Assembly (NCBI GenBank): GCA_046331705.1
Contig: JAXLQJ010000051.1
Location: 1 to 52,140, forward strand
Source of the DNA: a bacterium
GTDB taxonomy: Bacteria > JADJOY01
DNA length: 52,140 nucleotides
Direction of reading: 5' to 3'
The notes below the pieces were generated by a model. That model was not told the origin of the DNA, ran no database searches, and saw nothing but the letters and a program-made list of their open reading frames with translations. Position 1 is the first letter of the stretch; every line of letters starts with the position of its first letter. The position numbers and the translations under genes are program-made. This document shows positions 19,538 through 29,239 of the stretch, piece by piece.

Positions 19538-21267
19538 AGCGGCTCGGCGCGGCGCTGCCCGCGGTTCTGCTGGCCGCGATCGCGCTCGGGCTCTTGCTCT
19601 TCGCGGCCTTGCCGCTCGCGGCGGTGATCGCGCGAGCGCTGGGCTTTCCTGGAGATATTCACGCGTTCGCATGGCTCGGCGCGCTCGCCAAGCCGGAGCG
19701 CCACCAGGCGCTGGTCGCCACGGTCGAGACCGCCGCGGGCGCGACCGCGCTCGCCGTGGTGCTCGGCGTGGCACTGGCGCTGGTGCTGACGCGCCTCGAC
19801 GTGGCGGCGCCGGCGTTGTGGCGCGCGCTGCTCAGCCTGCCCGCAGCGGTGCCGCCTTACCTCTGGGGCATCGCGTGGATCGACCTCGCCAACCCGCGCA
19901 CCGGGCTGCTCAACACGCTCGCCGAACGCCTGGGCGCCCGAGACCCGGTGTTCGGCATCTACGGCATCGGCGGCATCGTGTGGGTGCTCGGGCTCTCGTT
20001 CTTCCCGCTGGTGTTGCTGCCGGTGGCCGCAGCGCTCGAGCGCATGGATGCGTCACTGGAAGAGTCGGCGCGGATCGCCGGCGCGAGCCCGGCGCGGGCG
20101 CTCGGCGAGATCACGCTGCCGCTCATCGTGCCGTCGATCGCGTCCGCTGCCGTGCTGGTCTTCCTGCTCGCCGCAGCGGCGTACGGCGTGCCGTATCTCC
20201 TCGGCACGGGTGGTAGCGAGCGCGTATTCGTGCTCACCACGGCGATCGTGAACCTCGTCAACGTGGGTGGCGAAAAGAGCCTCGCCGATGCGATGTCGCT
20301 GGCGCTGGTCCTGCTCGCGGTGTCGCTCGCGGTCTCGGCGCTGGGTGGCCTCGCGGCACGCGGTGAGCGGAAGCGGGCGGTGGTGACGGGCAAGAGCCAG
20401 CGGCCACGGCTCATCGCGCTCGGTCGGGGCGCTCGCGCACTCGTTCATGCCACTCTCGCCTTGGTGCTCCTGGTGGCGGTGGTGATGCCGGTCGGCACGT
20501 TGGTGCTGGTGTCGCTCATCGAGTCGTGGGGCAGTGGATTCGGGCCGGCGAACTGGGGCACTTCGAGCTACACGCGCGTGCTCCTCACCAACCACGAGAC
20601 CCTGCCGGCGCTGGCACGGAGCACAGGGCTTGGCGTGCTGGCAGCGAGCCTGGCGACGGTGGTGGGAGCGATCGTGGGCTACGCGCGCCGCCGCCGCCCC
20701 GGCCTCGCGACCCGCGCGATCGAAGGCCTCGCCAACGCGCCTTACGCGGTGCCCGGCACCGTGCTCGCGATGGGGCTGCTCTTGGTTTGGTCGCGGGAAG
20801 TGCGGCTGATCGTGGCCGAGCGGCTCACGCTCGCGATCGATCTCTTCGCGGGCTCGGCGGCGCTCGCGGTGGCGTACGTGGTCAAGTACCTGTCGTTCGG
20901 CGTGCGCACCACCACCAGCGCCTTGGCACAGCTCGATCCCACGCTGGAGGAGGCGGCGCGGGTGGCGGGGGCACGGCCGGCGCGCGCCGCGATCGACGTG
21001 GTGGTGCCGCTCATCGCACCCGCGCTCGCAGCGACGTGGCTCTTGGTCTTTCTGCCGGTGCTCTCCGAGATCACGATGTCGGTGCTCTTGGTGGGGCCGG
21101 GGACGTCGGTGATCGGCACCGTGCTCTTCGAGCTTCAGTCGTACGCGGATCCACCGGCAGCGGCGGTCGTGGCGACCGTGCTGGTCGCCGCGACCCTCGC
21201 CGGTCAGCTCGCGGTGCGAGCGGTGCGCGCGCCGCGCGCCGGCGGAAGCGCGGGCGCGGAGCCCTGA
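19534..21267 (+). CDS. ABC transporter permease (FbpB/ThiP-like, two TM domains)
   Basis: Two EAA motifs (MDASLEESARIAGAS; LDPTLEEAARVAGA) and PGTVLA; GTGA-coupled. Confidence 0.92.
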   Translation: MKRLGAALPAVLLAAIALGLLLFAALPLAAVIARALGFPGDIHAFAWLGALAKPERHQALVATVETAAGATALAVVLGVALALVLTRLDVAAPALWRALLSLPAAVPPYLWGIAWIDLANPRTGLLNTLAERLGARDPVFGIYGIGGIVWVLGLSFFPLVLLPVAAALERMDASLEESARIAGASPARALGEITLPLIVPSIASAAVLVFLLAAAAYGVPYLLGTGGSERVFVLTTAIVNLVNVGGEKSLADAMSLALVLLAVSLAVSALGGLAARGERKRAVVTGKSQRPRLIALGRGARALVHATLALVLLVAVVMPVGTLVLVSLIESWGSGFGPANWGTSSYTRVLLTNHETLPALARSTGLGVLAASLATVVGAIVGYARRRRPGLATRAIEGLANAPYAVPGTVLAMGLLLVWSREVRLIVAERLTLAIDLFAGSAALAVAYVVKYLSFGVRTTTSALAQLDPTLEEAARVAGARPARAAIDVVVPLIAPALAATWLLVFLPVLSEITMSVLLVGPGTSVIGTVLFELQSYADPPAAAVVATVLVAATLAGQLAVRAVRAPRAGGSAGAEP

Positions 21268-21283
21268 TCCACGGGAACCGTTC

Positions 21284-22342
21284 ATGTCCTCGATCACGCT
21301 CACGGCGATCGCCAAGACCTTCGGGATCGTCAACGTCCTCCAGAACGTGTCGCTCGACGTCGCCGATGGTGAGTTCGTTGCGCTCTTGGGCCCCTCGGGT
21401 TGCGGAAAATCGACGCTGATCCGGATCGTCGCCGGCCTCGAGAAGCCGGATGCCGGCGAGGTGCGAATCGGCGAGCGGCTCGTCGATGGGCCACGCGTCC
21501 ACGTGCCGCCCGAGGAGCGCGGGCTCGGCATGGTGTTCCAGTCGTACGCGGTGTGGCCGCACAAGACCGTGCGCGGGAACGTCGCCTATCCCCTCGGGCT
21601 GCGCGGCATGGACCGCGTCGAGGTCGCCGAGAAGACAGCGCGCGCCCTCGACCTGGTCCAGCTCACCGGCCTCGGAGAGCGCTATCCCCACGAGCTTTCC
21701 GGCGGCCAGCAACAGCGCGTGGCGCTCGCGCGGGCGCTGGTCGCCGAGCCAGAAGTGCTGCTTCTCGACGAACCGCTCTCCAACCTCGATGCGCGGCTGC
21801 GCGAGGAGATGCGCGGTGAGCTCGCCGCGCTCCGCGCCCGTCTCGGGGTCACGGTGCTGCTGGTCACCCACGACCAGAGCGAGGCACTCGCTACCGCCGA
21901 CCGCGTCGCCGTGATGCGGGCGGGGCGGATCGCGCAGGTGGCGGCACCGGCGGTGCTCTACGACGAGCCAGCCGATCTCTACGTCGCTCGCGTTCTCGGC
22001 GCCGTGAACGAGCTACCGGTGAGCGCCATCCGTCACGCGCCCGAGGGCCCCGAGCTGGAGGTGGAAACGGTGGGCGGGGTGCGCATGCGCGTAAGCGCGC
22101 CGCGCCCGCTGCCCACGATCGAACCCGTGGTGATGGCGTTCCGCCCCGAGCACGTGGCGCTCGGCGAGGGACCGTTCGCCGCCACCGTCGAGGCACGCGA
22201 CTACCTCGGCAGCCGTGTCGAGCTGACACTCGCCATCGACACCCACACGATCCGCGCGAGCGTCCCCGCCGTCACAGCACCCAACGTCGGCGAGATCGTG
22301 CCCTTCCGGATCACGAAAGCGCGCTTGCTCCCCCAAACCTGA
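21284..22342 (+). CDS. ABC transporter ATP-binding protein (FbpC/PotA-like) with TOBE domain
   Basis: GPSGCGKS, VFQSYA, LSGGQQQR, LLLDEP, VTHD. Confidence 0.95.
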   Translation: MSSITLTAIAKTFGIVNVLQNVSLDVADGEFVALLGPSGCGKSTLIRIVAGLEKPDAGEVRIGERLVDGPRVHVPPEERGLGMVFQSYAVWPHKTVRGNVAYPLGLRGMDRVEVAEKTARALDLVQLTGLGERYPHELSGGQQQRVALARALVAEPEVLLLDEPLSNLDARLREEMRGELAALRARLGVTVLLVTHDQSEALATADRVAVMRAGRIAQVAAPAVLYDEPADLYVARVLGAVNELPVSAIRHAPEGPELEVETVGGVRMRVSAPRPLPTIEPVVMAFRPEHVALGEGPFAATVEARDYLGSRVELTLAIDTHTIRASVPAVTAPNVGEIVPFRITKARLLPQT

Positions 22343-23070
22343 CCGCGTGCCGGCCGAGCCTGCGACGCGCGCGTTTCGGTCGGCGATCTCCTCGATCGTT
22401 CCGTTCGTGAAGCCACCGTAGGGCTTGCACGCGCGCGGAACGTCCGGAATCCCCCATGGCGGCGAAGGCGGGCGGGTCGCTCGCCTGTCAATGGCGCATC
22501 GTCGCTCCGTTGCCTCGAGCGCCCCGTTCGAGTCGCGCTTCGTTCGCAGACGCCGCAGCGTTGGTCCCATTCGACACCGCGCGCACGAGGGCGCCGACGG
22601 AGACGACGCCAAACACATTCCCGCGGACACGATCGGCCGGATCGCGAAACCACGTGGCTCGGCACCTCACCCGACCTGCACGACGCGCTTCCCGGATCAG
22701 CGGCCCGAGTGCCGTGCGAGGGCGCTTCAGTTCTTGAACGCGGAATCCCAGCTCGGTTCACAACACGAACGAGCACCCACGCGGCGCGAGCGGACGCTGC
22801 GAATAACTACAACAATTACAACGCGTAATCACGTATTCGTGACTGGATCGGCTTTTGCTTCTGGCTCGGAGCGATCGCAGCCGGCGGACGGCGTTGCACG
22901 CGTGGGTCCGATTGCTCGGATAGCGCCCGGAAGCCGGACGGTCGATGTCGATAGTGCAACGCACAGACCGCGAGCGCTGTCGACGCTGATCACGGTCGGG
23001 GGCAATCTCGCGAGACAGCATGGTGCTCGATCGCGAAGACACAAGCAGTTCGAGACAGAGGGGTAATACG

Positions 23071-23439
23071 ATGGCTGCAGTGGTCGGTGACTTCACGATG
23101 ATCGTCGGAGACAACGCAATTGCGATTCCGATCGTGTCGGGACCTGGCGAAGTGCCAGTGCCCCTGGATGGAAGCGGCTTCTCCACCGGAGCACGCAAGT
23201 CGAGCGACACGGCGTTGTTGATGTATTCGGTCAAGAACATGACCGGAAGCGCGCAGGTGTACATCAATGGCAACCTCGTCGGCTCGATCACCGCAACGTC
23301 CGGCTCGTTCTGGACGACTCAGATGATCGCGGTTGCAGGAGGTCAGATCAACGATGGCGTGAATCATCTCGTGCTGAAGAACGTGACGGATGGCTTCAGC
23401 CTGAAGGATCTCTTCTGCTTCTTCCATCAGCAGCTGTAG
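23071..23439 (+). CDS. 122-aa hypothetical beta-sandwich protein
   Basis: GAGGGG RBS then ATG; beta-strand pattern (AQVYING, GVNHLVL); lower GC than its flanks; no signal peptide. Confidence 0.7.
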   Translation: MAAVVGDFTMIVGDNAIAIPIVSGPGEVPVPLDGSGFSTGARKSSDTALLMYSVKNMTGSAQVYINGNLVGSITATSGSFWTTQMIAVAGGQINDGVNHLVLKNVTDGFSLKDLFCFFHQQL

Positions 23440-24011
23440 GCGGGCCAGCTGCCGCGCGTTGCCGCGGCAGCGCCTGGTAGTGCAGGCGCTTCCAGTCGGA
23501 CTCCTCTCAGCGTGGAGTCCGGCTGGAATCCCTCCGCAGCCTCGCCAGTCTGCGACGCGCGCGACGCTTGAACCGCGCCGCCTGCGCCAATCCTGCGGCG
23601 CAACGCGCCGAACGCGCGACCCAACGCGCTGCCAGCACGGCGAACGGCGACAAGCTGTCCGTGCGATCGAATCCCACGACGTCGTCGAGCGACGGGATCA
23701 GGCGGGTAGCGCAGCTCGTTCGCCGCCGCCGGCACACGGGAGCGCGCGTCTCCACGGTGGACGGCTTCAGTGCCAAGCGAAACGCTGTGACCGTGGCGCA
23801 GGATGCGTTCCGGTCCTGGAGGTCGCGGCCCGACCGAGCGCCAGCCACCGCAGCGAGGTAGCCGAGGCCGCGCGGACTCGGCTGCAGTAGGATCGCGGCG
23901 CTGTGGGTCGATTCACCCCGAACCTTCGAAGAGCGGTCGTCGAGGAGGTGCCTGATGGTGCGGACACCGAGCCGCGGACCGCAATCGAACCGTGCGCCCG
24001 GCGGTCCTTCG

Positions 24012-25295
24012 ATGGGTGTGTCGTGGGCGTCGGTTGAGCGACTTCACCGATCCTCGTTGAGCCGCCGGCAGGTTCTGCGCGGCGGTGGCGCGGCACTCGG
24101 GGCGATGGCGCTCTCGGGGCTCGCCGGGTGCGCCGGCGATGAAGCGAGCGCGCCGCCGACCCGACGTCTCGCGATCACGATGTGGGAGTTCTCGTGGCTG
24201 GTGCGGCGCATCGCGCCCGAGGCGGAGTACTCGGATTGGGACACCGTGCTCGACGAGCTCGCAGACCGGGGCTACGACTGCATCCGGCTCGACGCCTTCC
24301 CGCACCTGATCGCCGCCGGCCCCGACGGCGCGCACGTCGAGCGCTTCACGATCGCACCGCGCGCGCCGCTCTTCTTTTGGGGAAACCACGCACCGGTGGA
24401 GGTTGAGCCTCGCCCCGCTTTGGCGGAGTTCCTGCGCAAGGCCCGGGCGCGCGGGATGCGGGTGGGCCTCTCCACTTGGTTCTGCGACGACTCGTTGGGG
24501 CGCGCCGAGACCGTCGTCACGCCCGCCGATCTGGCGCGGGTCTGGCTCGAGACCCTCGACTTCCTCGCGGATCAGCGGCTCCTCGACGGGGTGGAGTGGG
24601 TGGATCTCTGCAACGAGTTTCCGTTGCCGAGCTGGGCGCGCGGCGCATATCCCGCGATCTTCGGCGCCCCGATCACGAACCCGTTACCGGTGCTCCTACC
24701 GTGGTCCGGCGCCGCCACGGCGCGCATCCAGAGCTACCTGGACGAGGGGATCGGTCCGCTGCGCGAGGCGTATCCCGAGCTGCGCTACACGTTCTCGGTG
24801 GAGGGTGGAACCGTCGGCCCCAAGTTCCGGAACCTCGACACCCGCTCCCTCGATGTCGCCGAGATCCACATCTGGCTCTCGAACGACCTCGATTTCCTGC
24901 TGCGTTCCGGACAGCTCTTCTTGCTTCTCGGGCTTCCGGGCTCGCTGGCGCTCCACACATCCACGGCACCAGGTCTCTACTTCGGCGATCGAGCGCATTG
25001 GCTGACGACACTTCGTGGCCTCATGGACGGCTGGAGCGCGTGGTCGCGCGAGCGCGGGCTACCGCTGCTCACCACCGAGGCGTGGGGACCCATCAACTAC
25101 GACGACGTCGCGCCGTTTCCGGACACGTCCGAGTGGGATTGGGTGAAGGACGTGTGTCGCGAAGGCGTGACCGCCGCCATCGAGCGCGGTTGGGCGGGGA
25201 TCTGCACCTCCAACTTCGCCCAGCCCCATTTCGAGGGGCCGTGGAGCGACGTGGCGTGGCATCGCGAGCTCACGCGGCGAATCCGGGCCGGCTGA
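24012..25295 (+). CDS. Tat-exported cellulase-like (clan GH-A) glycoside hydrolase
   Basis: Twin-arginine SRRQVL with a possible lipobox LAGC; ITMWEFSWL, RGYDCIRLDAFPHL, DLCNEFP (acid/base), TTEAWG (nucleophile), ICTSNF. Confidence 0.8.
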   Translation: MGVSWASVERLHRSSLSRRQVLRGGGAALGAMALSGLAGCAGDEASAPPTRRLAITMWEFSWLVRRIAPEAEYSDWDTVLDELADRGYDCIRLDAFPHLIAAGPDGAHVERFTIAPRAPLFFWGNHAPVEVEPRPALAEFLRKARARGMRVGLSTWFCDDSLGRAETVVTPADLARVWLETLDFLADQRLLDGVEWVDLCNEFPLPSWARGAYPAIFGAPITNPLPVLLPWSGAATARIQSYLDEGIGPLREAYPELRYTFSVEGGTVGPKFRNLDTRSLDVAEIHIWLSNDLDFLLRSGQLFLLLGLPGSLALHTSTAPGLYFGDRAHWLTTLRGLMDGWSAWSRERGLPLLTTEAWGPINYDDVAPFPDTSEWDWVKDVCREGVTAAIERGWAGICTSNFAQPHFEGPWSDVAWHRELTRRIRAG

Positions 25296-25342
25296 GCGCT
25301 TCACGGCGAGAGCCGGGCGGGCCGTGACCGACCTCGAGCGAG

Positions 25343-27307
25343 CTACTCGGCCGACCTCGTCTCGGGCGGTCCTTCACCCGCGGGCTCGGATGCCGGATCG
25401 CGAACGAGCACCCAGCGATCGAACGCGTACCCGCCTTCCCGTGGACGGAACGTGAGCACGTGTGCGCCGCGGGTGAGGTGGAGCGGGCCCGCCACTTGGA
25501 TCCACGTCCAGCGGTCGAAGGGCTCACCGTTGTCGTCGAGTGGAGCGGACCCGAGCGGCGCATCGTCGACGAGCACCCAGGCCGAGTCCGACGCATTCCG
25601 GCCGCGCACCGCGCCCCACGCCGCGGGCACGAAACGCCGGACCCACCACACGTAATCGCCACCCTCGACCTGCACCTCGTAGCTCGCGCCGCGCGACGCA
25701 CCGGGCTCGAGGGGGCTCTCGTCGAGACGGCGGAGGTCCTGCAGATAGAGGCCTCCGGCCGCACCGGCGAACCAGGACCGCTCGGTCCAGACGTCGTCGC
25801 CGAGATCGCTCGCGTGCTCGGCTTCGGCGGCGACCACGCCATCGCGCTCGACGAAGGTCCACGGGGCCTCACCGAGCCGATTCTCGAACCACACCACGGC
25901 GACACTCTGGCGCTCGCGGCCCGCCGTGAAGAACGGCAGCACGTCGAACCAGTCCTGCCACCATTCCTCGCAGTTCGCGACGAGATCGAGATCGCCGTCG
26001 CCGTCCACGTCGGTGAGCTCGGCCTGGTCCCACTTCTCGCCGAATGCGGGGATGAGCATCCGTCGGCCAGAGCCCCACTTGATGGAGTGAAGTGACCAAT
26101 CGCCGGGTCCGGGTGCGGCGCCGCGACGGGCCTCGTTGCGAAGCCAGAAGGCCGAGAGGCTCGTGACCGGCAGCACCCCGTCCTCGTGCACCGTCATCCC
26201 CACCAGGTCGAGCCGCCCGTCGCCATCGACGTCGCCCACGCGAATCGGCCGCTGGAACTGCCTCGCCTCGGGAGGCTTGGGAATGACGACGCGCTCGAAG
26301 CGCGGCGGCGACGCCTGCGTCTTGCGGAACCACCAGATCTCGTTGCGGGAGGCGGTGAGGAAATCGCGGAGCCCGTCGCCATCGAGATCGGCGACAGCGA
26401 GCTGTGGCTTCGCGTCGAGCTCGGGGCCTTGGTACAGCACGTGCTTCGGCCACGCGTCGCGCTGCGCTGGTGTGCCCGGTCCCGGGTTCTCGTACCAGTG
26501 AATCGTCTCCTGGTCCTCCGGTGTGTCGAAGTCCGCGTTGGCGTCCACGAGATCGCGGTCACCGTCTTCGTCGACGTCTTCGAGCACGAAGCCATGGCCG
26601 TCGAGCTGGTCGGCGTCGATGGCGTGCATGGACCAAGCGTCGAGATCGCGCCGCCGCGCCGGATCGGCGGGCGCCTCGAGCCATCGCACACCGCCGCGAG
26701 CACCGGTGTCGAAGAGCACGCGGCCGCCGAAGAGCACGTCCAGGGCGCCGTCGCCGTTCACGTCGAAGGGCACCTGCCACAAGAGATGCCCGACGCCGAC
26801 CGTGGCCGGGACGCGGCCGCCGTCGGTCCAGGCGCCGGGATCGAGGACGCGCTCGCGCGGCGGTCCCCACACGATCCGCACTCCCGGCGCGTAGCCCTCC
26901 CAGAACGGAGTGGCGTGCCCGCCCTGGGTGGCCACGACGTCGAGGTTGCCGTCGCCGTCGAGATCGGCCAGCGAGGCACTCTCCGAATCGAATTGCTGAC
27001 CGTCGGCGAGCACGGGCGGCTGATGGGCGATCACCGTGGGCCAGGGGAGGCGCGGATCCGCGTCCCGCGGCGGATGGAGCTCGATCACGTAGCGCTGGTC
27101 GAACTCGTAGTTGGTGACGTAATCGGTGAGGCCGTCGCCGTTCACGTCGCCGGCACCCAGCGCGTTCGAGCCGCGGAAGCGGTCGTCGATGGTGTGCATC
27201 GGCCAAGCCGTGTCCGCGTCACGGAGCACGTGCCTCGATCCACCCGAGTCGCAGCCGAGCGCGAGCAGCGAGAGCCCTACAAGCGCGGTGCCGGTCACGG
27301 GCCTCAC
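25343..27307 (-). CDS. FG-GAP/VCBS-repeat lipoprotein with a C-terminal CBM-like jelly-roll
   Basis: Lipobox LALGC; seven DxDGDG-type loops (GDVNGDG, ADLDGDG, FDVNGDG, EDVDEDG, ADLDGDG, GDVDGDG, TDVDGDG); C-terminal EAEH...YVWWVR...GAHVLTF...FDRWVL; GTG overlaps the GH5 stop. Confidence 0.8.
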   Translation of the reverse strand: MRPVTGTALVGLSLLALGCDSGGSRHVLRDADTAWPMHTIDDRFRGSNALGAGDVNGDGLTDYVTNYEFDQRYVIELHPPRDADPRLPWPTVIAHQPPVLADGQQFDSESASLADLDGDGNLDVVATQGGHATPFWEGYAPGVRIVWGPPRERVLDPGAWTDGGRVPATVGVGHLLWQVPFDVNGDGALDVLFGGRVLFDTGARGGVRWLEAPADPARRRDLDAWSMHAIDADQLDGHGFVLEDVDEDGDRDLVDANADFDTPEDQETIHWYENPGPGTPAQRDAWPKHVLYQGPELDAKPQLAVADLDGDGLRDFLTASRNEIWWFRKTQASPPRFERVVIPKPPEARQFQRPIRVGDVDGDGRLDLVGMTVHEDGVLPVTSLSAFWLRNEARRGAAPGPGDWSLHSIKWGSGRRMLIPAFGEKWDQAELTDVDGDGDLDLVANCEEWWQDWFDVLPFFTAGRERQSVAVVWFENRLGEAPWTFVERDGVVAAEAEHASDLGDDVWTERSWFAGAAGGLYLQDLRRLDESPLEPGASRGASYEVQVEGGDYVWWVRRFVPAAWGAVRGRNASDSAWVLVDDAPLGSAPLDDNGEPFDRWTWIQVAGPLHLTRGAHVLTFRPREGGYAFDRWVLVRDPASEPAGEGPPETRSAE

Positions 27308-28776
27308 GGCGCGTGAGCGGCGTTCGCGAGGATCGCGCGCAAACGCTCGTTGGGTGCGAGCGCCAGGTCGGCGTAAGCGGCGAGCTTCCGCGACAGCGTC
27401 TCGAACGAGTCGCGATACAGGTCCGGCCGGTCGAGCACGGATTCGAGACGGCCCAGCACGCCCCACGAGGTGGTGGTGCCGAAGAGCTCCTGATCGATCG
27501 GATCGTCGATCCGCTTGAGCGTCCACACCGACCACGACCAACCCGAGCGGTTGAAGAGCTGGGTGGCCAGCTCGGCGCCGCGATACGCGAAGTCCGCGTC
27601 CTGAAACGTCGAGAAGCTGCCGATGTAGTAGGGGACCTGCTGGCGCGCTTGGGCCTGGTTGAAGAGCACGTCGTAGAGCGCGAAGAGGAGCTGATATTCG
27701 AGGGCGTTCTCGACCCCGAACTCGAAGAGGTGGGTCGAGTACACCACCCCGGTCCAGCCGAAGGCCTCGGGCTGCGGCAACGTCCAGACGCCGAAGAAGC
27801 CATCGTGGATGACGAGCAGGTGGTCGTCGCCGCGGGCGCGGATGGCCTTCACCAGGCGATCGTACATCGCGTCCCGCGCCGCCGCGTCGGGAGCGCCGAA
27901 GGGCTCCGCGAGGAGGCTGTACGCGGCCACCACGGAGCGCCGTGCGTAACGGCGCGCGATCTCCTCCCAGAGCGCGATCGTGAGCTCCTGATCGCGTGGA
28001 TCGGTGTAGAGCTCGGGTGGGCCGGCGTAGTCGTTGTGCCCACCGATCGATTCCTGGAGGTCGAGGACGGCATACACGCCGTGGCGGTCGCACCAGCTCA
28101 GGAGCTCGTCGATCCTGCGGAAGGCGGCCTCGTTCCAGACCAGCGAATCCGGCACGCTGCGATCGGACGCGACCACCAGGCTCCGGTAGGTCATCGGCAC
28201 CCGCACCACGTTGAAGCCCTGGCTTGCCACCCAGGCGATGTCGGGCTCGCGGATCCACGATCCCCAGAAGACGTCGAGCAGCTCGTCGCGGCCGTCGATC
28301 CCGAAGCGCTCCTCGAGTAGCGCGCGCATCCGCTGGTCGGAGTCGTCGAAGACCACTGGGTACTGGGCGACTTCCGCGAGAAAGGTATCGGAGCGCTCGG
28401 TGTCGACGCGCGCGGCCAACGCCCCTCGAAAGCGGTCGAGCCAGCCGTCCGCACCCGACGGCCCGACTTCCCGGAGCGCGGCATCGGCCTCCGAAGCGAT
28501 TCCGCTTTCCGGCGCCAGCACGTGGATGCGCCCGTGGAGCGGGTAGTCGACGTTCGAGATCCAGTTCTCGTGGAAGAGCCACGAGCCGAGATTGACCCCG
28601 CGCAGTTTCACCACCTGGCCCGCGGGATCGACGATGTCGCGGCCCGCAGCCGCGAGCCGCGGCAGCGAGTCGCGCGCGTCACCGCCATCCGACGAACATG
28701 CCGCGGCCATCGCGATCGCAACGGCGATCCCCACGCACGCCAGCCGTCGCGAGCCGATCGCTAACATCGTTAACAT
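27304..28776 (-). CDS. GH5-fold lipoprotein with altered catalytic motifs
   Basis: Lipobox AAAC; LRGVNLGSWL, GFNVVRVP, VLDLQ, YSLLAEP, YSTHLF, PYYIGSFS, WSVWTLK; nucleophile position reads Ser. Confidence 0.78.
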   Translation of the reverse strand: MLTMLAIGSRRLACVGIAVAIAMAAACSSDGGDARDSLPRLAAAGRDIVDPAGQVVKLRGVNLGSWLFHENWISNVDYPLHGRIHVLAPESGIASEADAALREVGPSGADGWLDRFRGALAARVDTERSDTFLAEVAQYPVVFDDSDQRMRALLEERFGIDGRDELLDVFWGSWIREPDIAWVASQGFNVVRVPMTYRSLVVASDRSVPDSLVWNEAAFRRIDELLSWCDRHGVYAVLDLQESIGGHNDYAGPPELYTDPRDQELTIALWEEIARRYARRSVVAAYSLLAEPFGAPDAAARDAMYDRLVKAIRARGDDHLLVIHDGFFGVWTLPQPEAFGWTGVVYSTHLFEFGVENALEYQLLFALYDVLFNQAQARQQVPYYIGSFSTFQDADFAYRGAELATQLFNRSGWSWSVWTLKRIDDPIDQELFGTTTSWGVLGRLESVLDRPDLYRDSFETLSRKLAAYADLALAPNERLRAILANAAHAP

Positions 28777-29110
28777 GCTGTTTCGGCGAGCTCGCCCCGT
28801 CAACTGCGGCGGACGCGCGGCGCGCAGCGTGACCTGGTCCACGTGCGTCGCCACCCGTACGCGATTCCACTCGAGGTCGAGGGACATCGCTTCGTCGACG
28901 GGGAAGCCCGCTCGATCGCGATCGACGTGCGGCGGACCACGTCCGTTTCACACTCCCCGCGGGATCATGCTCTGCTGGAAGCGTCGCGATCTCTCGCGAC
29001 ACCCCGTCGCGACATCGGCCACCGACGGTGGGGTGGCCCTCCCACCCTTCGACGTCGGTCGGTGGCATCCTCGGTTACTCACGCCGCGCCAGCGGCGCGG
29101 CCACGACTCG

Positions 29111-29227
29111 TCACCGGCTCAGCACGGTCACGCAGCTCACGTTGGGGAAGCCATGGACGTGGGTGTAGCCGAGCTTCGGCGAGCCCGGGACCTGACGGGC
29201 GCCGGCTTCGTCAAAGACCTGGACGCA
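29111..29227 (-). repeat. Diverged copy of the last 38 codons and stop of the thiolase gene (gene fragment)
   Basis: Ungapped 117-nt match to 32897-33013, 99/117 identical by manual count; encodes CVQVFDEAGARQVPGSPKLGYTHVHGFPNVSCVTVLSR*. Confidence 0.9.
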
Positions 29228-29239
29228 GCCGTTGCCCAC

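Noticed and set aside
23427-23890. Short overlapping ORFs between the orphan gene and the cellulase-like gene
   Set aside because: No clear RBS, motif or consistent codon bias supports any one frame.
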